From Candidatus Hydrogenedentales bacterium (lineage in GTDB: Bacteria > Hydrogenedentota > Hydrogenedentia > Hydrogenedentales > SLHB01), in NCBI GenBank assembly GCA_041859475.1, contig JBHEKO010000113.1:11212-75211 (forward strand): 64,000 bases of DNA, written 5' to 3'. This document shows positions 38,174-48,972 of this stretch, piece by piece. Each line of letters begins with the position of its first letter. Positions within the stretch are counted from its first letter, which is position 1. Made by a program: the position numbers and the translations under genes. A model generated the notes under the pieces. The model did not search any database and was not told the origin of the DNA. It was given only the letters and a program-made list of their open reading frames with translations.

Positions 38174-38720
38174 CCGCGCCGGAGCCCGTCACTGTTCCCC
38201 GAACGTCGTCCACCCAAGGACCAATCGATATTTTTCCCATACGTCCGTCACGGTCCGCCACCCAGACTATCGTCGCCTTCATTAAGCCGCTCGGCTCAAA
38301 GACTAACTGCGGCGGCCTGAATACTTGGCCACCCTGTTCGATCTTGTCCAACGAAACTCCTGACGGAAACTCCCGACGCTTGTCCCAAAACGCGTCACCA
38401 AAATTAGTGTATTTGACGGTCCGTCCGGCCCCTACCTCCTGGAGACGAAAAACATATTCCCGGGCGTCTTCGTCAACGCTCCACAAGACCTTTAACTGTC
38501 TATGCATAGCTTCCAGACGTGCCGTGCGAATTTCTTGCGCCAATCGCGCTGTTGCATCTTCAAGCCCTATGGACCTAAACATGCCACTAAACAGTGGCGT
38601 TACCGTTGCAGCTAGCAACGCAATCAACGCAGCCACCAGCAGCAACTCAACCAGCGTAAAGCCCCTATTAGAGCGATGGAGCAGCTTCCTTGTCTTTCTT
38701 GCGCACATTCGCAATATCAT
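38148..38720 (-). CDS. gspH: Pseudopilin GspH-like
   Basis: RGFTLVELLLVAALIALLAATV. Confidence 0.5.
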   Translation of the reverse strand: MILRMCARKTRKLLHRSNRGFTLVELLLVAALIALLAATVTPLFSGMFRSIGLEDATARLAQEIRTARLEAMHRQLKVLWSVDEDAREYVFRLQEVGAGRTVKYTNFGDAFWDKRREFPSGVSLDKIEQGGQVFRPPQLVFEPSGLMKATIVWVADRDGRMGKISIGPWVDDVRGTVTGSGADAEKRSDE

Positions 38721-39138
38721 CGTCGGTGTCTAACTGACCGTCCGGCCCCACAGAAATAATGTCGTAATCGACGATCAATTCCCCTGGAGAACGATACGTA
38801 AGAGAACGCTTCCACGGATCCAGCGGAACCTCCCGAAGATACGGCCCATGCCAAACATCTTCCTGGGCCAGCGCTGACGGCTTCGTGACCAAGGCCATAA
38901 GGCCTTCTTCGCTGGTGGGAAAACGACCAACGTCCAGCTCAAAATTGTCCAAAGCCGTAGCGACCGACTGAATTGATGCTTTCGCCGCTGTGATCTTCGC
39001 CCGCTCCGTCTTGCCCGCCATACGTGGCAGCGCAATCGCTGCGATCACTCCAATGATCACCACCACCAGCATCAGCTCAATCAGCGTAAACCCCCGACGA
39101 GCCTTCTCTTTTCGCCGCATGGCACTATATAGAATCAT
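38668..39138 (-). CDS. gspG: Major pseudopilin GspG
   Basis: RGFTLIELMLVVVIIGVIAAIALP, plus the GspG core DPWKRSLTYRSPGELIVDYDIISVGPDGQLDTDDD. Confidence 0.8.
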   Translation of the reverse strand: MILYSAMRRKEKARRGFTLIELMLVVVIIGVIAAIALPRMAGKTERAKITAAKASIQSVATALDNFELDVGRFPTSEEGLMALVTKPSALAQEDVWHGPYLREVPLDPWKRSLTYRSPGELIVDYDIISVGPDGQLDTDDDIANVRKKDKEAAPSL

Positions 39139-39314
39139 AGACGTTCCTCAGAGTATTGGCACCTAGTTCAAGCGGCTTGCCCCCAAAACTGTCCCACACA
39201 AACATGACGATTATTGCGTACACTCTCTTGTAGCACTGGGAATGGAGGAATGTCAATTAGACAATCCTCACCTATTTTACCCATAAACATCCCCCGCATA
39301 GCAGCGCGTTACCC

Positions 39315-40538
39315 CTACTCCACATTGACGACGTCGCCGAGAGAAAAGATAGGCAGGAGCATAGCCACTACAATGAAGCCGACCATGCCGCCCATGAGAA
39401 TGATCATGAGGGGCTCGAGAAGGGCCATGGCGGTCTTGACTTCGCGGTCAATCTCTTTTTCGTACTCGATGGCGACGTGATCGAGGGACTCTGCAAGTGT
39501 GCCGCTTTCTTCGCCGACGGCGATGACGCTCGTCAGCATTTGAGGAAACGGTGGCGCGGTCTCAATCGCTTGACTAAGCCGGGCGCCTTCGCGCAACGCG
39601 GTGCCCAGTCTTGCCGCCGCTTCGCGATAGTAGACATTCGTCAGCGTAGCAGCGGTAATACTCAATCCATGCACGATAGGTACACCACTTGCCAGCAGTG
39701 TGGCAAGCGTGCGGGCAAAGTCAGCGACCTGGCTCTTACAAACAATTCCGCTCAAGACCGGCAGATGCAGGACTAGAGCACTCCTGATGTGTTTGCCTCT
39801 ATCGGTCTTGAGAAAACGCATTAGGACAAAGAGTGTCAGCGCGCACCCCGGCAAAATCACTGGCCACCATATCTGTAGTCCATGACTAATCATTACCAGC
39901 GCCTGCGTCGGCCAAGGGAGTTGTTGTCCTGTATCTTTGAATACGCCGGTAAACATAGGCACCACAAAGGTGAGTAGCACTACGACGGTGGCTACGCCCA
40001 ATGAAATCATAACGGTGGGGTAGAGCATGGCCATTTTCACGCGCGCAATGAGTTCGTCTCGTTTTTCGCCGACTTCGGCCAAGCGAACCAAAGATTCCAC
40101 CAGTCTGCCGCTTTCCTCGCCAGCCCGAACAAGGCCCAAGTACATTGGCTCAAAAATCTGCGGATATTGGGAAAGCGCCTCGGCGAATGTCCGCCCCTCT
40201 TCCAAGTCCGCAAGCAGTCCGGCAGCAATACGGCGCCATGCGTGCTTTTCAAAACGTACCTGCAGTGTGCCCAGCGATGCCGAAAGCGTCAATCCTGCAC
40301 GTAGCAACGAGGCCAAGTCACGCGTCAACCGCGTTAATTCGTTGCGGCGCAGTCCCGTCCTCCATCCAAAACACAGCGAACGCCGCGAGAACCCCGACGA
40401 CTCGCTGTCCTCCACACGCAGTACATGGTAGCCTTTCGCCAACAGAATCGACGCGGCAGCCTGGGCAGAATCGGCCTGAATCTCACCGCGCTCCGAATTC
40501 CCCGGCTCGCGAATCGCCTCATAGATAAAAAGGCTCAC
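39315..40538 (-). CDS. gspF: T2SS inner-membrane platform protein GspF (PilC family)
   Basis: 407 aa. Duplicated GspF domain architecture with 3 TM segments. LSQYPQIFEPMYLGLVRAGEESGRL and GEESGTLAESLDHVA. Confidence 0.75.
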   Translation of the reverse strand: MSLFIYEAIREPGNSERGEIQADSAQAAASILLAKGYHVLRVEDSESSGFSRRSLCFGWRTGLRRNELTRLTRDLASLLRAGLTLSASLGTLQVRFEKHAWRRIAAGLLADLEEGRTFAEALSQYPQIFEPMYLGLVRAGEESGRLVESLVRLAEVGEKRDELIARVKMAMLYPTVMISLGVATVVVLLTFVVPMFTGVFKDTGQQLPWPTQALVMISHGLQIWWPVILPGCALTLFVLMRFLKTDRGKHIRSALVLHLPVLSGIVCKSQVADFARTLATLLASGVPIVHGLSITAATLTNVYYREAAARLGTALREGARLSQAIETAPPFPQMLTSVIAVGEESGTLAESLDHVAIEYEKEIDREVKTAMALLEPLMIILMGGMVGFIVVAMLLPIFSLGDVVNVE

Positions 40539-40552
40539 GCGCCGTTTCTCCC

Positions 40553-42076
40553 TTACGCCTGGGCTTCACGATCATCCTGCGTTACACGCAGTACTTCATC
40601 CAACGTCGTCTGACCGCGACTCGCCTTCGCCCAACCGTTGTCGCGCAATGTCTTCATACCGTTCGCCAGCGCCGCGCGCTTGATCAGCGATGCCGGCGCA
40701 CGATCCATGATTAGTCGGCGGATTTCATCGTCCATCATCAGCATTTCATAGATGGCCGTCCGCCCGAAATATCCCGAATGGCGGCACACGTCGCAGCCAC
40801 ACCCACGACGAAAACTGCTGAGGTCCGCCGTTCCGGGTTCAACGCCCATCTCGTTCAACGCCTCGTACACAGGAACATCAGGCTCGGCGCAATGTGGACA
40901 TACGACACGAACTAAGCGTTGTGCGATAAAAGATTCCACCGACGATGCCAGTAGGTATGGCTCAATGCCTATATCAACCAGACGCGGCGCAGCACCCGCC
41001 GCGTCGTTGGTATGCAACGTGCTGAACACTAGATGCCCTGTAAGCGCGCAACGAATCGCCAGTTCGGCCGTTTCGAAATCGCGGATTTCGCCAACCATCA
41101 TCACATCTGGATCGTGCCGCAGCATAGACCGCAGCCCACGTGCAAACGTAAACCCGATATCCGCGCGAACGTGCATTTGACAAATGCCCTCGATCTGATA
41201 CTCGACCGGATCTTCCACCGTGATAATCTTGCGCTCGACGCCATTAATGCGGCTTAAGCATGCATACAGCGTCGTCGTTTTCCCGCTACCCGTCGGTCCC
41301 GTCAGCAGAACAATCCCGTGAGGCTTCTTCAGCAACTCGCCAAAGCACACAATGTCATGCTCGCCGAAACCGATTGCCTCCAACCCCATCAGCACGTTGC
41401 TGCGCTGCAAAATACGAATGTTAATGCTTTCCCCGTGTGCGATTGGAATCACTGACACACGCAGGTCGAAATCTTTGCCGTCGATGCGAGCGCGAATGCG
41501 GCCGTCCTGCGGGAGCCGTCGTTCGGCAATGTCCATATTTGCCATAATCTTGATGCGCGACGTGATCGAATCGCGAAAATGACGAATCGAGTCCGGGATG
41601 TGCGCATCAAACAGAATGCCATCGATGCGATAGCGCACGCGCAAGTGACTTTCAAAAGGTTCGAAATGAATGTCCGTCGCGCGACTATTGTACGCATCGA
41701 CTACTAGCTGATTCACAAACTTGACGATCGATGCGTCGCCAGCGCTTTCATCCAATCCCGCGTCCTGAACATTTGCGCTCACGAGCTCAATATCACGGTT
41801 CTGGACCAGCGCCTCGAGTGTTTCCGCGCCCACCCCGTAGTGCGCGCGAATCGCCTCCGCGATCGCCTCCGCATCGGCGCGCTCCGCGCGAACTGAGCGC
41901 CCCAATGTCAATGTCAGTTCGTCCAGCACATCAACGCGATCTGGGTCGAGCATCGCCACGACCAATCCACCAGCACTATCGATCTCTAGTGGCACGATCC
42001 CGTAGTGAACCGCCACTCGCGGCGAAACCACATCAATCGCCTCGGGCGAAGACTTTAGCATTCTATCAATCGTCAT
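40553..42076 (-). CDS. gspE: T2SS ATPase GspE (PilB/GspE family)
   Basis: 507 aa. Walker [17 protein letters not shown]. Asp/His boxes. Tetracysteine CPHCAEP...CGCDVC zinc motif. Confidence 0.85.
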   Translation of the reverse strand: MTIDRMLKSSPEAIDVVSPRVAVHYGIVPLEIDSAGGLVVAMLDPDRVDVLDELTLTLGRSVRAERADAEAIAEAIRAHYGVGAETLEALVQNRDIELVSANVQDAGLDESAGDASIVKFVNQLVVDAYNSRATDIHFEPFESHLRVRYRIDGILFDAHIPDSIRHFRDSITSRIKIMANMDIAERRLPQDGRIRARIDGKDFDLRVSVIPIAHGESINIRILQRSNVLMGLEAIGFGEHDIVCFGELLKKPHGIVLLTGPTGSGKTTTLYACLSRINGVERKIITVEDPVEYQIEGICQMHVRADIGFTFARGLRSMLRHDPDVMMVGEIRDFETAELAIRCALTGHLVFSTLHTNDAAGAAPRLVDIGIEPYLLASSVESFIAQRLVRVVCPHCAEPDVPVYEALNEMGVEPGTADLSSFRRGCGCDVCRHSGYFGRTAIYEMLMMDDEIRRLIMDRAPASLIKRAALANGMKTLRDNGWAKASRGQTTLDEVLRVTQDDREAQA

Positions 42077-42282
42077 CTCTCATGTTCCCGTCTCGGCAAT
42101 GCATACTTAAACCGTAGTCCTACGCAACTAGCGGCAGCTTCAAACGCCATAACACCACACTTAGTTCCTAAAGTTAGCATCATACTGCAGTCGCAATGCT
42201 TGGAGCAAGCCATGCGGTCACAGACAACTCAAACGAGGCCCAACGGGCTATGCACTAGAATGTATCCTTGCCGTAATGCGAT

Positions 42283-43383
42283 CTAATTTGCTATCGAATA
42301 ACTCGCCGTATAGCTATCGCGATTCGGGGCAACACGATTTCCGTCCAGGTAGAGACTTCCTGAACGCATTTTCGATTTGGCCTCGCCTGATACTGTAACG
42401 GTGAACGAAGTGGGCGTTGCGCTGTAGCACGTAACCCTGAGCGTCGTGCTTAAGCCGAATTGGTCGAATACCCACCAGGGCTGAGTAATGACTTGTACTC
42501 CTGAAACGCTTACCAAAGAAGATGCAGGTATTGTTGTATCCATGTAGCTATTGAACATTATTGCAAGTGTAACCGGATAACCAGGACGGCCGACCGGCCC
42601 ACTCGGAGCACAGCCAATGAGCGTCGGGCATAAATAAACTGACCCACCGTATATGCCGACCGTTGGCGGATTGGGATCGGCGTACAGTACATACGCGGGG
42701 TAGGTCGATAGGGACGTGTCCGCTATCATCCGACTAAAAATACCGTCGATATCTTGACCCGCTTGAAGGGCATTAACTAGGTCAGCATAACCGAAAGACA
42801 CACCGCTATTAAAACAGTTATACCCTTGCCCCTGTGTCCCGCAAGAGAAAACAAACGAAATTCCGTGCCGTGTTGGATGAAAAGTTGTACACCATCCCAT
42901 TGTTACCGAAGAATGAACTTTCAAAAAATAGTGCGTTTCAGGTCCATTCTCTTTCTGAACCTCAAAACTTGACTTTGCTATCTTTCCTGGATATAGCACT
43001 TCATACTCCGCCAACTTCGTGTTACAAGCGACCTCATCTGTTCCGAAAGTGTCAATTGCACACCAGTCGATAGAACCACCTCCTCCATGAGCCGCGTAAA
43101 GCACAACGCCTTTTCCTGTCTCGAGTCGATTCCTAAGAGATGCTAGCGTGCATACGCTTGGCGCACCATTTGGTGTGGACGTTTCCTCAAACTTATACTT
43201 CACGTAATCTGATATCTGCATTATATAGGGCGACATTACGCCATCAAGTGAAGAAATATGGTAGGCGTGTGGCCCCCAAATCAAGTAGCCGGCGGACTCG
43301 GGGAGAGCTGCGACGGCTGAAACCGAGTGTGCGCATGCCAAACCCAAAGCAAGCAAGATATTCCAAGCCTTAAGTGATTTCAT
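42283..43383 (-). CDS. Secreted hypothetical protein (a possible caspase/gingipain-like His-Gly...Cys arrangement is speculative)
   Basis: Signal peptide MKSLKAWNILLALGLACAHSVSA. LYAAHGGGGS and FVFSCGTQGQG segments. Confidence 0.35.
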   Translation of the reverse strand: MKSLKAWNILLALGLACAHSVSAVAALPESAGYLIWGPHAYHISSLDGVMSPYIMQISDYVKYKFEETSTPNGAPSVCTLASLRNRLETGKGVVLYAAHGGGGSIDWCAIDTFGTDEVACNTKLAEYEVLYPGKIAKSSFEVQKENGPETHYFLKVHSSVTMGWCTTFHPTRHGISFVFSCGTQGQGYNCFNSGVSFGYADLVNALQAGQDIDGIFSRMIADTSLSTYPAYVLYADPNPPTVGIYGGSVYLCPTLIGCAPSGPVGRPGYPVTLAIMFNSYMDTTIPASSLVSVSGVQVITQPWWVFDQFGLSTTLRVTCYSATPTSFTVTVSGEAKSKMRSGSLYLDGNRVAPNRDSYTASYSIAN

Positions 43384-43426
43384 TGAACTATCCTTTTTCT
43401 ACGAATGACCCGCAATTTTCTTAATC

Positions 43427-44656
43427 CTACTCAAGAGGAGGGGCAGGAGGCAGTACAAGAGCAGCGGCCTCCTTGCGAGACACGATCGCCTTGACCTTGG
43501 GGAGTATGTCATCTCCTAAGTTCGCTGCCAATTCACGCGTCATCGCACGAATCTCAATGATTTCAGAAAGAAGGCACTCCGCTTGCAGCAGAGGAACAGC
43601 GCGAGCCATCTCCAACACCGCAGCGAAACGAGCGACACTGTCCTTACCCACTCCAAAGGAAACCTCAACGCCTCCGGCCCCGATGAACACCAGCAAGTCC
43701 TTGCGCAACTCTCCAGCAAGGGCTTTCACTACTTTATCCGCTTCTTCCGCCGACGCATTGCTCTTGCCCGTTATCGAGTTTCCACGCACATCGAATATTG
43801 TACCGTTCTCCAAGTCGTAGTTAACAGGGAAGAAGGTTGTGTTGCGATTTATCCAAATAACCCCTGACTCATCGACCTTTGTGTTCTCAATGACTCGCTG
43901 GCTATTCAAGAATTCCACCACCTTTTTCTGGGCATCTTTAGGCGTGTAGCTTTTCAAGAGCTGCGGATACAGGCTCGCGGTTACGTAATCAGTCAGAGAG
44001 GAGATGTCTCCAAACTGCCCGTCTGTCGGCAAGGAAGAGAGTGCGCGAGGCTTGGAAACGGTGTGTGATACTTGCGGAAGAAAGCGTCGAATGACCGCAC
44101 CGTTTACCTTCACCTCGATGGTCCGTTCGTCCGCCGCGAACTCGCGGTACACGGAATAGGGCGGCGGAACCATACGTCCATTTACAAAGAGAAGCCCGCT
44201 CGCTATCGCGTCGGCTCGAAGTGCGTTAGATGGCAGCGCAAACTGAAAGCGCGCCCTAATTTCACTCTCCGTCAGAGCGGGATCATACGCCACACGGGAT
44301 GTTGGCGAAAAAATGTGCCACGCGCCATCTTTCAACTGGCATGAAAGCTCCGCGCCGTTGCCTGCAATGAAGGCCATCCATTTCTCTGGTGAGGTGACCC
44401 TGCTAGGTTCGAGCTGAGAAAAGTATGTGATGCACGGAGAGTCAAAAATAACCGGCATTTTCGTGTAGGCCGCAATTTCCTCAAGTACGCGCTTCGTTTC
44501 AACGCAACGCGCCTCGACGTACAGGTCTCCTCCTTCGGCCTGCCTGATTGCTAGGTGCCCCAAAGGAAGCTCGGCCGTCTGAGCGAAGACGCCTGGTGGC
44601 ATCGTGAGGGCACACAAGAAGATAATCACCACGCCAACAATAAATTGGTTCGCCAT
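43427..44656 (-). CDS. Secreted hypothetical protein
   Basis: Start placed at MANQFIVGVVIIFLCALTMPPGVFAQT (signal peptide). No recognisable domain. Confidence 0.4.
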   Translation of the reverse strand: MANQFIVGVVIIFLCALTMPPGVFAQTAELPLGHLAIRQAEGGDLYVEARCVETKRVLEEIAAYTKMPVIFDSPCITYFSQLEPSRVTSPEKWMAFIAGNGAELSCQLKDGAWHIFSPTSRVAYDPALTESEIRARFQFALPSNALRADAIASGLLFVNGRMVPPPYSVYREFAADERTIEVKVNGAVIRRFLPQVSHTVSKPRALSSLPTDGQFGDISSLTDYVTASLYPQLLKSYTPKDAQKKVVEFLNSQRVIENTKVDESGVIWINRNTTFFPVNYDLENGTIFDVRGNSITGKSNASAEEADKVVKALAGELRKDLLVFIGAGGVEVSFGVGKDSVARFAAVLEMARAVPLLQAECLLSEIIEIRAMTRELAANLGDDILPKVKAIVSRKEAAALVLPPAPPLE

Positions 44657-44807
44657 TTTTTCGCTCCTCGTATCGTTTGCACACCCCTGCATTCGCTGGA
44701 TTGTACAACTTCCAGTTTTTAGCGGCAAGCGTCGATTGAAAGAAATTGTCATTCACTAAGCCTCGCGTTCACTGACTACGCGGGCAATTATGAATAAACA
44801 TGATTGC

Positions 44808-45962
44808 CTAGCGGCACCGATACCGAACTCCGGTGAGTCCCATCAGCATGACCAGTATACCTCCGCCTACAAGCGTCCAACGTCTTATATTCTTCTCATG
44901 TGTTGCCTGAGTATCCGCGGATGTAACTGGCTCCGGCAAAGACGATGTGCCCGAAGGAGAGCTTGCGACGGCCGCAAGATCGGCTGGGGGAGGTAGAGGC
45001 AAGTCATCAAGGCTCATCGATAATTTCTCCACTGGCTCTAAGAGCTGCTGTTGCGCGATAGCTGTCATGCTTGCGCGCTCGGAATTCACTTTGACTTCTT
45101 TCATCCGTTTTTCCATCACGTCGCGAATGATAGCGAGAGTGCTTTTTCCCAGCTGAATTAACTCTTCAGAAGGAGGAATCGGGCTTGATGAATCAAAAAA
45201 CGCGTTCTCCAGCGTCGAAAACAAAAAAGAGTCCAAATCGTTAGCTAGGCCCGAAAGGAACATTTGTATCTGTGGGTGCAACGACGTATTCAGTGAGGCG
45301 TTGGGGTCGTAATATCTTTTAAGCGTCTCCCATTTTCCTTTCATTGTGCTCTGAATGTTGATATTCTGCGTCCGTAGGCTTGTAAGTACATCTTCTGACT
45401 GAGGCGAGCCATCTTTGGTCATACCGAACAACCGTCCCCCAAAATATACATCTACATCTCTGTTATAATGCTTTGTAAACCGCTCATCGGCCCTTTGCTT
45501 TAGGGTATCCAACAAAGGACTTGGGAGAAAGTAGTAATCCTGTTCAATCCAGGCGGCCAACGCTTTTCGAAACACAATCGAGTTTTCGATGTCTTGGGCG
45601 CGCTGTTTTTCCGATAGTTCCGGAAGCGCAAGATAGTTGTCGAGCGACTGCCCCAGCCGTAACTCGATCAAGCCAAACGAGGAGTCATCGAAGGCAGATG
45701 GATCGCTGTATCCTTTGAAAAGGTTCAGCCGTTCGAAGTCGTGGAGACCGTCCTGGGCCTTCCTAGAGGGAACCTCCTCGGCTTTCTCCAGTTTGGACTC
45801 AATAACCTTTATCAGGCGGTCTTTCCAAGCCGAAGTAAATGCTGTGTTTTCTTCGATCTGCGCTGAAAACCCCTTGATCAGGGCCTCATTTGCCGCGAAA
45901 GCAAACGCCGGACACCCCAGTACGATCAATACCCACAAAATGCCACTATTGATGTTTTTCAT
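44808..45962 (-). CDS. Signal-peptide protein with C-terminal TM anchor
   Basis: Signal MKNINSGILWVLIVLGCPAFAFA. C-terminal TLVGGGILVMLMGLTGV. Confidence 0.4.
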   Translation of the reverse strand: MKNINSGILWVLIVLGCPAFAFAANEALIKGFSAQIEENTAFTSAWKDRLIKVIESKLEKAEEVPSRKAQDGLHDFERLNLFKGYSDPSAFDDSSFGLIELRLGQSLDNYLALPELSEKQRAQDIENSIVFRKALAAWIEQDYYFLPSPLLDTLKQRADERFTKHYNRDVDVYFGGRLFGMTKDGSPQSEDVLTSLRTQNINIQSTMKGKWETLKRYYDPNASLNTSLHPQIQMFLSGLANDLDSFLFSTLENAFFDSSSPIPPSEELIQLGKSTLAIIRDVMEKRMKEVKVNSERASMTAIAQQQLLEPVEKLSMSLDDLPLPPPADLAAVASSPSGTSSLPEPVTSADTQATHEKNIRRWTLVGGGILVMLMGLTGVRYRCR

Positions 45963-47799
45963 CGTTCGTTTCCTGGGGTTGCCTTTTTAACTGGGTATAA
46001 ATTTGTAGACTTACTTTCTCTTGCTGGCTTGCATACGGCATCTCTTCAGGTGGATGGGGTACATCACCCTGTTTTTCAAAGAAGCTTGTGAGACGATCCC
46101 GCCATTCTGTGCAACGTCGGGACAGAGCGACAGGGATATTACTCCTGGTGAGTGCCTGTTGCGCACAAACGAGGGCCATACCTAGACGATCCTGTACGAC
46201 CAGGCGAGCTACCTCACGACCAATGTCCGTGTCAGGAACCTGCCCATAGGCTGGGATCAGGTATTGGGTGGTCACAATCGCCCCCATTTCTTCCGAAATA
46301 AACTCATAGGTAAACTGCACAAGGCCTTCGATACTATATGTGTAATATCGTTGTGGAATCTCGTTGCGTATGTAGAAATCAGAGTAAGCCGCGAGGGACT
46401 CTGCCAGCCGAGCCCGATCACCGGTCTTCAACGCCGCAAACGCATTGTATTTGATGCACTGTTGCCTCTCCAAAGAAGATTCAGTATACAACTCATCGTG
46501 GGAGTAGTAGCTCGGAACATACGTAGCATTATGCTCACTAATCGCTGAATACAGCAGATCGAGACGAGATGCGGAGTCTTTGATACGAGCCAGCACCGTA
46601 GTCCTATGCTGGGCTGCGGCTTCTGCGACATCCTCGATTGGTGCAACCTCAAGGTATTTGGTCTCATAGTGAGGGATTGAGTCTGCAATATAGGACATTG
46701 CTGAAAGCTCAAGCCGTCCGTCTATAGTATTCTTGAAAGACACCCGAAGTATCGATTCCTTGGGAGGATACTGAATGGCCCTTTTGGGCTGATAGCTGCT
46801 CGCTGGCATCTGGGCTAGACCCGCCGTGCCTTGAGCGTCATACCGAATCGAATCCTGCAGGATCATGGTGCGAGGTCTAAGCCTGACGTCGTACCCTCTG
46901 AGCGCACCTTCCTTGGAAAAGTGACCATACCATTCCTGAAATGGCCCATTTCTGTCCTCAATTCTGGCAATAGGTGCAGTAGGAGATTTGGGGAATAAGC
47001 TGTCCAAACTTTGGACTTGTAGCTTCCTGGCGTGCGCAAACGTCGTAGCTCCCCACGTACATGAGTAAAGTGTCGCCTGGAAGGGAATGGGCCGGACAGG
47101 TAATCTCTGAGCAAATATCTTGGCGAATGGAATGGAATCATACACGCTCAACCCATCAGTCCAGTGCGCATGATGCGCGAACGGAAAAAACGGGAGAGTG
47201 AGCTCTCTGCGGACAAACAGGGGTTCATACCAGTCGGCAAAAAGATCACGCGTCTCGCCATCCGTGTATGTTGTGGCATCCATATATACTGGATATTGAT
47301 TCATCAAATAGTTCGATTGCGCGTAGCGAAAGTGACTGCGTAGCGAGGTAAGGCCAGCATATGAGAGTCTAGATAACTCTGAGTAAAATCTCGCCTTTGT
47401 GTCGGCATGCCAATAGCTGCGCGTATCGGTGCCTGCCGATGTCAGACTATCAGGAAGAAACGACGGAACGTCAGGAATTTCCCTGTCAACTCCTGTATAC
47501 GATAGAGCTAGTGGAATCTTCTCTAGTCGCCGCTGGGCCAAGTCGAAGGGAAGCACACTCGCTTCAAAGAGAAAGTCTACTGCTGTTCGTGAATTCAGAT
47601 AAGGTACAGGATCCACTTTTGCAAATGAATCTGATATTTGCTTTATAGCGGCGTCACGAGCGCGAACCATTGCATCCTTTGCTTGTTGCTCAGCAACCTC
47701 CGTTGAGCCCTCCCCCGGCGCAGCGTCTGCAGACAGTCCCCAAAGCAGCGCCAATGCGCCCCCCAGAAGCGCTATCTTAGAGGCACGAGGTACGAACAT
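45946..47799 (-). CDS. Large secreted hypothetical protein
   Basis: Start placed at MFVPRASKIALLGGALALLWGLSADA (ATG 47799-47797). About 617 aa. No recognisable domain. Confidence 0.4.
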   Translation of the reverse strand: MFVPRASKIALLGGALALLWGLSADAAPGEGSTEVAEQQAKDAMVRARDAAIKQISDSFAKVDPVPYLNSRTAVDFLFEASVLPFDLAQRRLEKIPLALSYTGVDREIPDVPSFLPDSLTSAGTDTRSYWHADTKARFYSELSRLSYAGLTSLRSHFRYAQSNYLMNQYPVYMDATTYTDGETRDLFADWYEPLFVRRELTLPFFPFAHHAHWTDGLSVYDSIPFAKIFAQRLPVRPIPFQATLYSCTWGATTFAHARKLQVQSLDSLFPKSPTAPIARIEDRNGPFQEWYGHFSKEGALRGYDVRLRPRTMILQDSIRYDAQGTAGLAQMPASSYQPKRAIQYPPKESILRVSFKNTIDGRLELSAMSYIADSIPHYETKYLEVAPIEDVAEAAAQHRTTVLARIKDSASRLDLLYSAISEHNATYVPSYYSHDELYTESSLERQQCIKYNAFAALKTGDRARLAESLAAYSDFYIRNEIPQRYYTYSIEGLVQFTYEFISEEMGAIVTTQYLIPAYGQVPDTDIGREVARLVVQDRLGMALVCAQQALTRSNIPVALSRRCTEWRDRLTSFFEKQGDVPHPPEEMPYASQQEKVSLQIYTQLKRQPQETNDEKHQ

Positions 47800-48131
47800 C
47801 CGACATATGCTCCTTTCTGGGGATTTTAATTGTGCTGCGAAATCTACTGGACGGACAACGCATCGCGCACTGACGGATACCTCACAATACGTACTCATCC
47901 CTGCCCGCAACTCCCTCGCAACATAGAAACCGACGAGATATATCGTACTTCCGTGGCATTGCACCAATACTAAGGAATGGGCAAGGTAGCAGGCGAACTT
48001 CTAAGGCTAAACCGGTGCCGCCACACGTTATCATTTCGTAGCGAGGAATTCGCAAGCCGTCCTTATCCGGCTTAATCACATTAACCGACCATGAGTCGAA
48101 GTGAGATTTAGGTCACATAAATAACCATACC

Positions 48132-48872
48132 CTAGTGACGCTGGAAATCCAATAGTGAAATAGTGTATAGAACATCCTTCATTGTCCAAGCAACACAACT
48201 CTGCCTCATCTCATTTGACTCCAGGGTTTTCCATTCCGTGTGGGTGCTTGCTGCGATCCGTTTGATCGCGTCGACTTGCTCCTTCCGCAATCGCTCAAGA
48301 TTCTGATCGTTCAAGGGAAGTTTGTATTTCGGGCAGAACCATGCGTCGATCATACACTTACGGTAATCGACATATTCTTGCACGGGTTTGATGAGTTCAG
48401 CTGGCGTGCAAATACCTGAGAAAGCCTCTTGCAGAGCCTGCGCAATCGTGGCCGCTAAAATCGAAGACTGTGCTTCGAGCTTTGCACGTTGAGCCACGGA
48501 CGGTGGCTCGGTCTTTATCATGATCGCAAAAGCTGCATCGAGCTGTTCAAGGATGGATTCGACGGACCGCGATTCTTGTTGTAGTTCGCGTTGAAGCGCA
48601 TCTCCCAAAAGTCGGAATGAGATTTGAGCATAGTCTGGCCCGACCGCAACGAGACGAGGTTCCAGACGTGGCAAGTGTGCTGCAAACACAGCCTGCGCAG
48701 ACTGAAGGAATTGCCCATTCGGCCAACCGTTCGACGCTTGTTCAACACCCGCTTTGAACGCCTCATAACACGGTGACGCTTGTGAAATTTCCCCAGACGC
48801 AGGCACGATGCAAAGAAGAGCTACGGCCAGCAGGAACAGCCGCATACCATATGTTGAATTGATTATCTTCAC
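48132..48872 (-). CDS. Secreted hypothetical protein
   Basis: Signal-like MRLFLLAVALLCIVPASG. Helical. Confidence 0.35.
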   Translation of the reverse strand: MKIINSTYGMRLFLLAVALLCIVPASGEISQASPCYEAFKAGVEQASNGWPNGQFLQSAQAVFAAHLPRLEPRLVAVGPDYAQISFRLLGDALQRELQQESRSVESILEQLDAAFAIMIKTEPPSVAQRAKLEAQSSILAATIAQALQEAFSGICTPAELIKPVQEYVDYRKCMIDAWFCPKYKLPLNDQNLERLRKEQVDAIKRIAASTHTEWKTLESNEMRQSCVAWTMKDVLYTISLLDFQRH

Positions 48873-48972
48873 TAAGAGAGACCTCTGGCTCTAGAGAGGC
48901 AATATGCCCTCCTCAAAGAAAGGCGCACTTCGTATGGGAAGGGCGCCTTTCCAGCACGATATCTTTCACTCA

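Noticed and set aside
42283-43383. Caspase/gingipain-like protease assignment for the first secreted protein
   Set aside because: It is based only on an HG...SCG spacing seen by eye, with no supporting conserved context. It is kept as a hypothetical protein.
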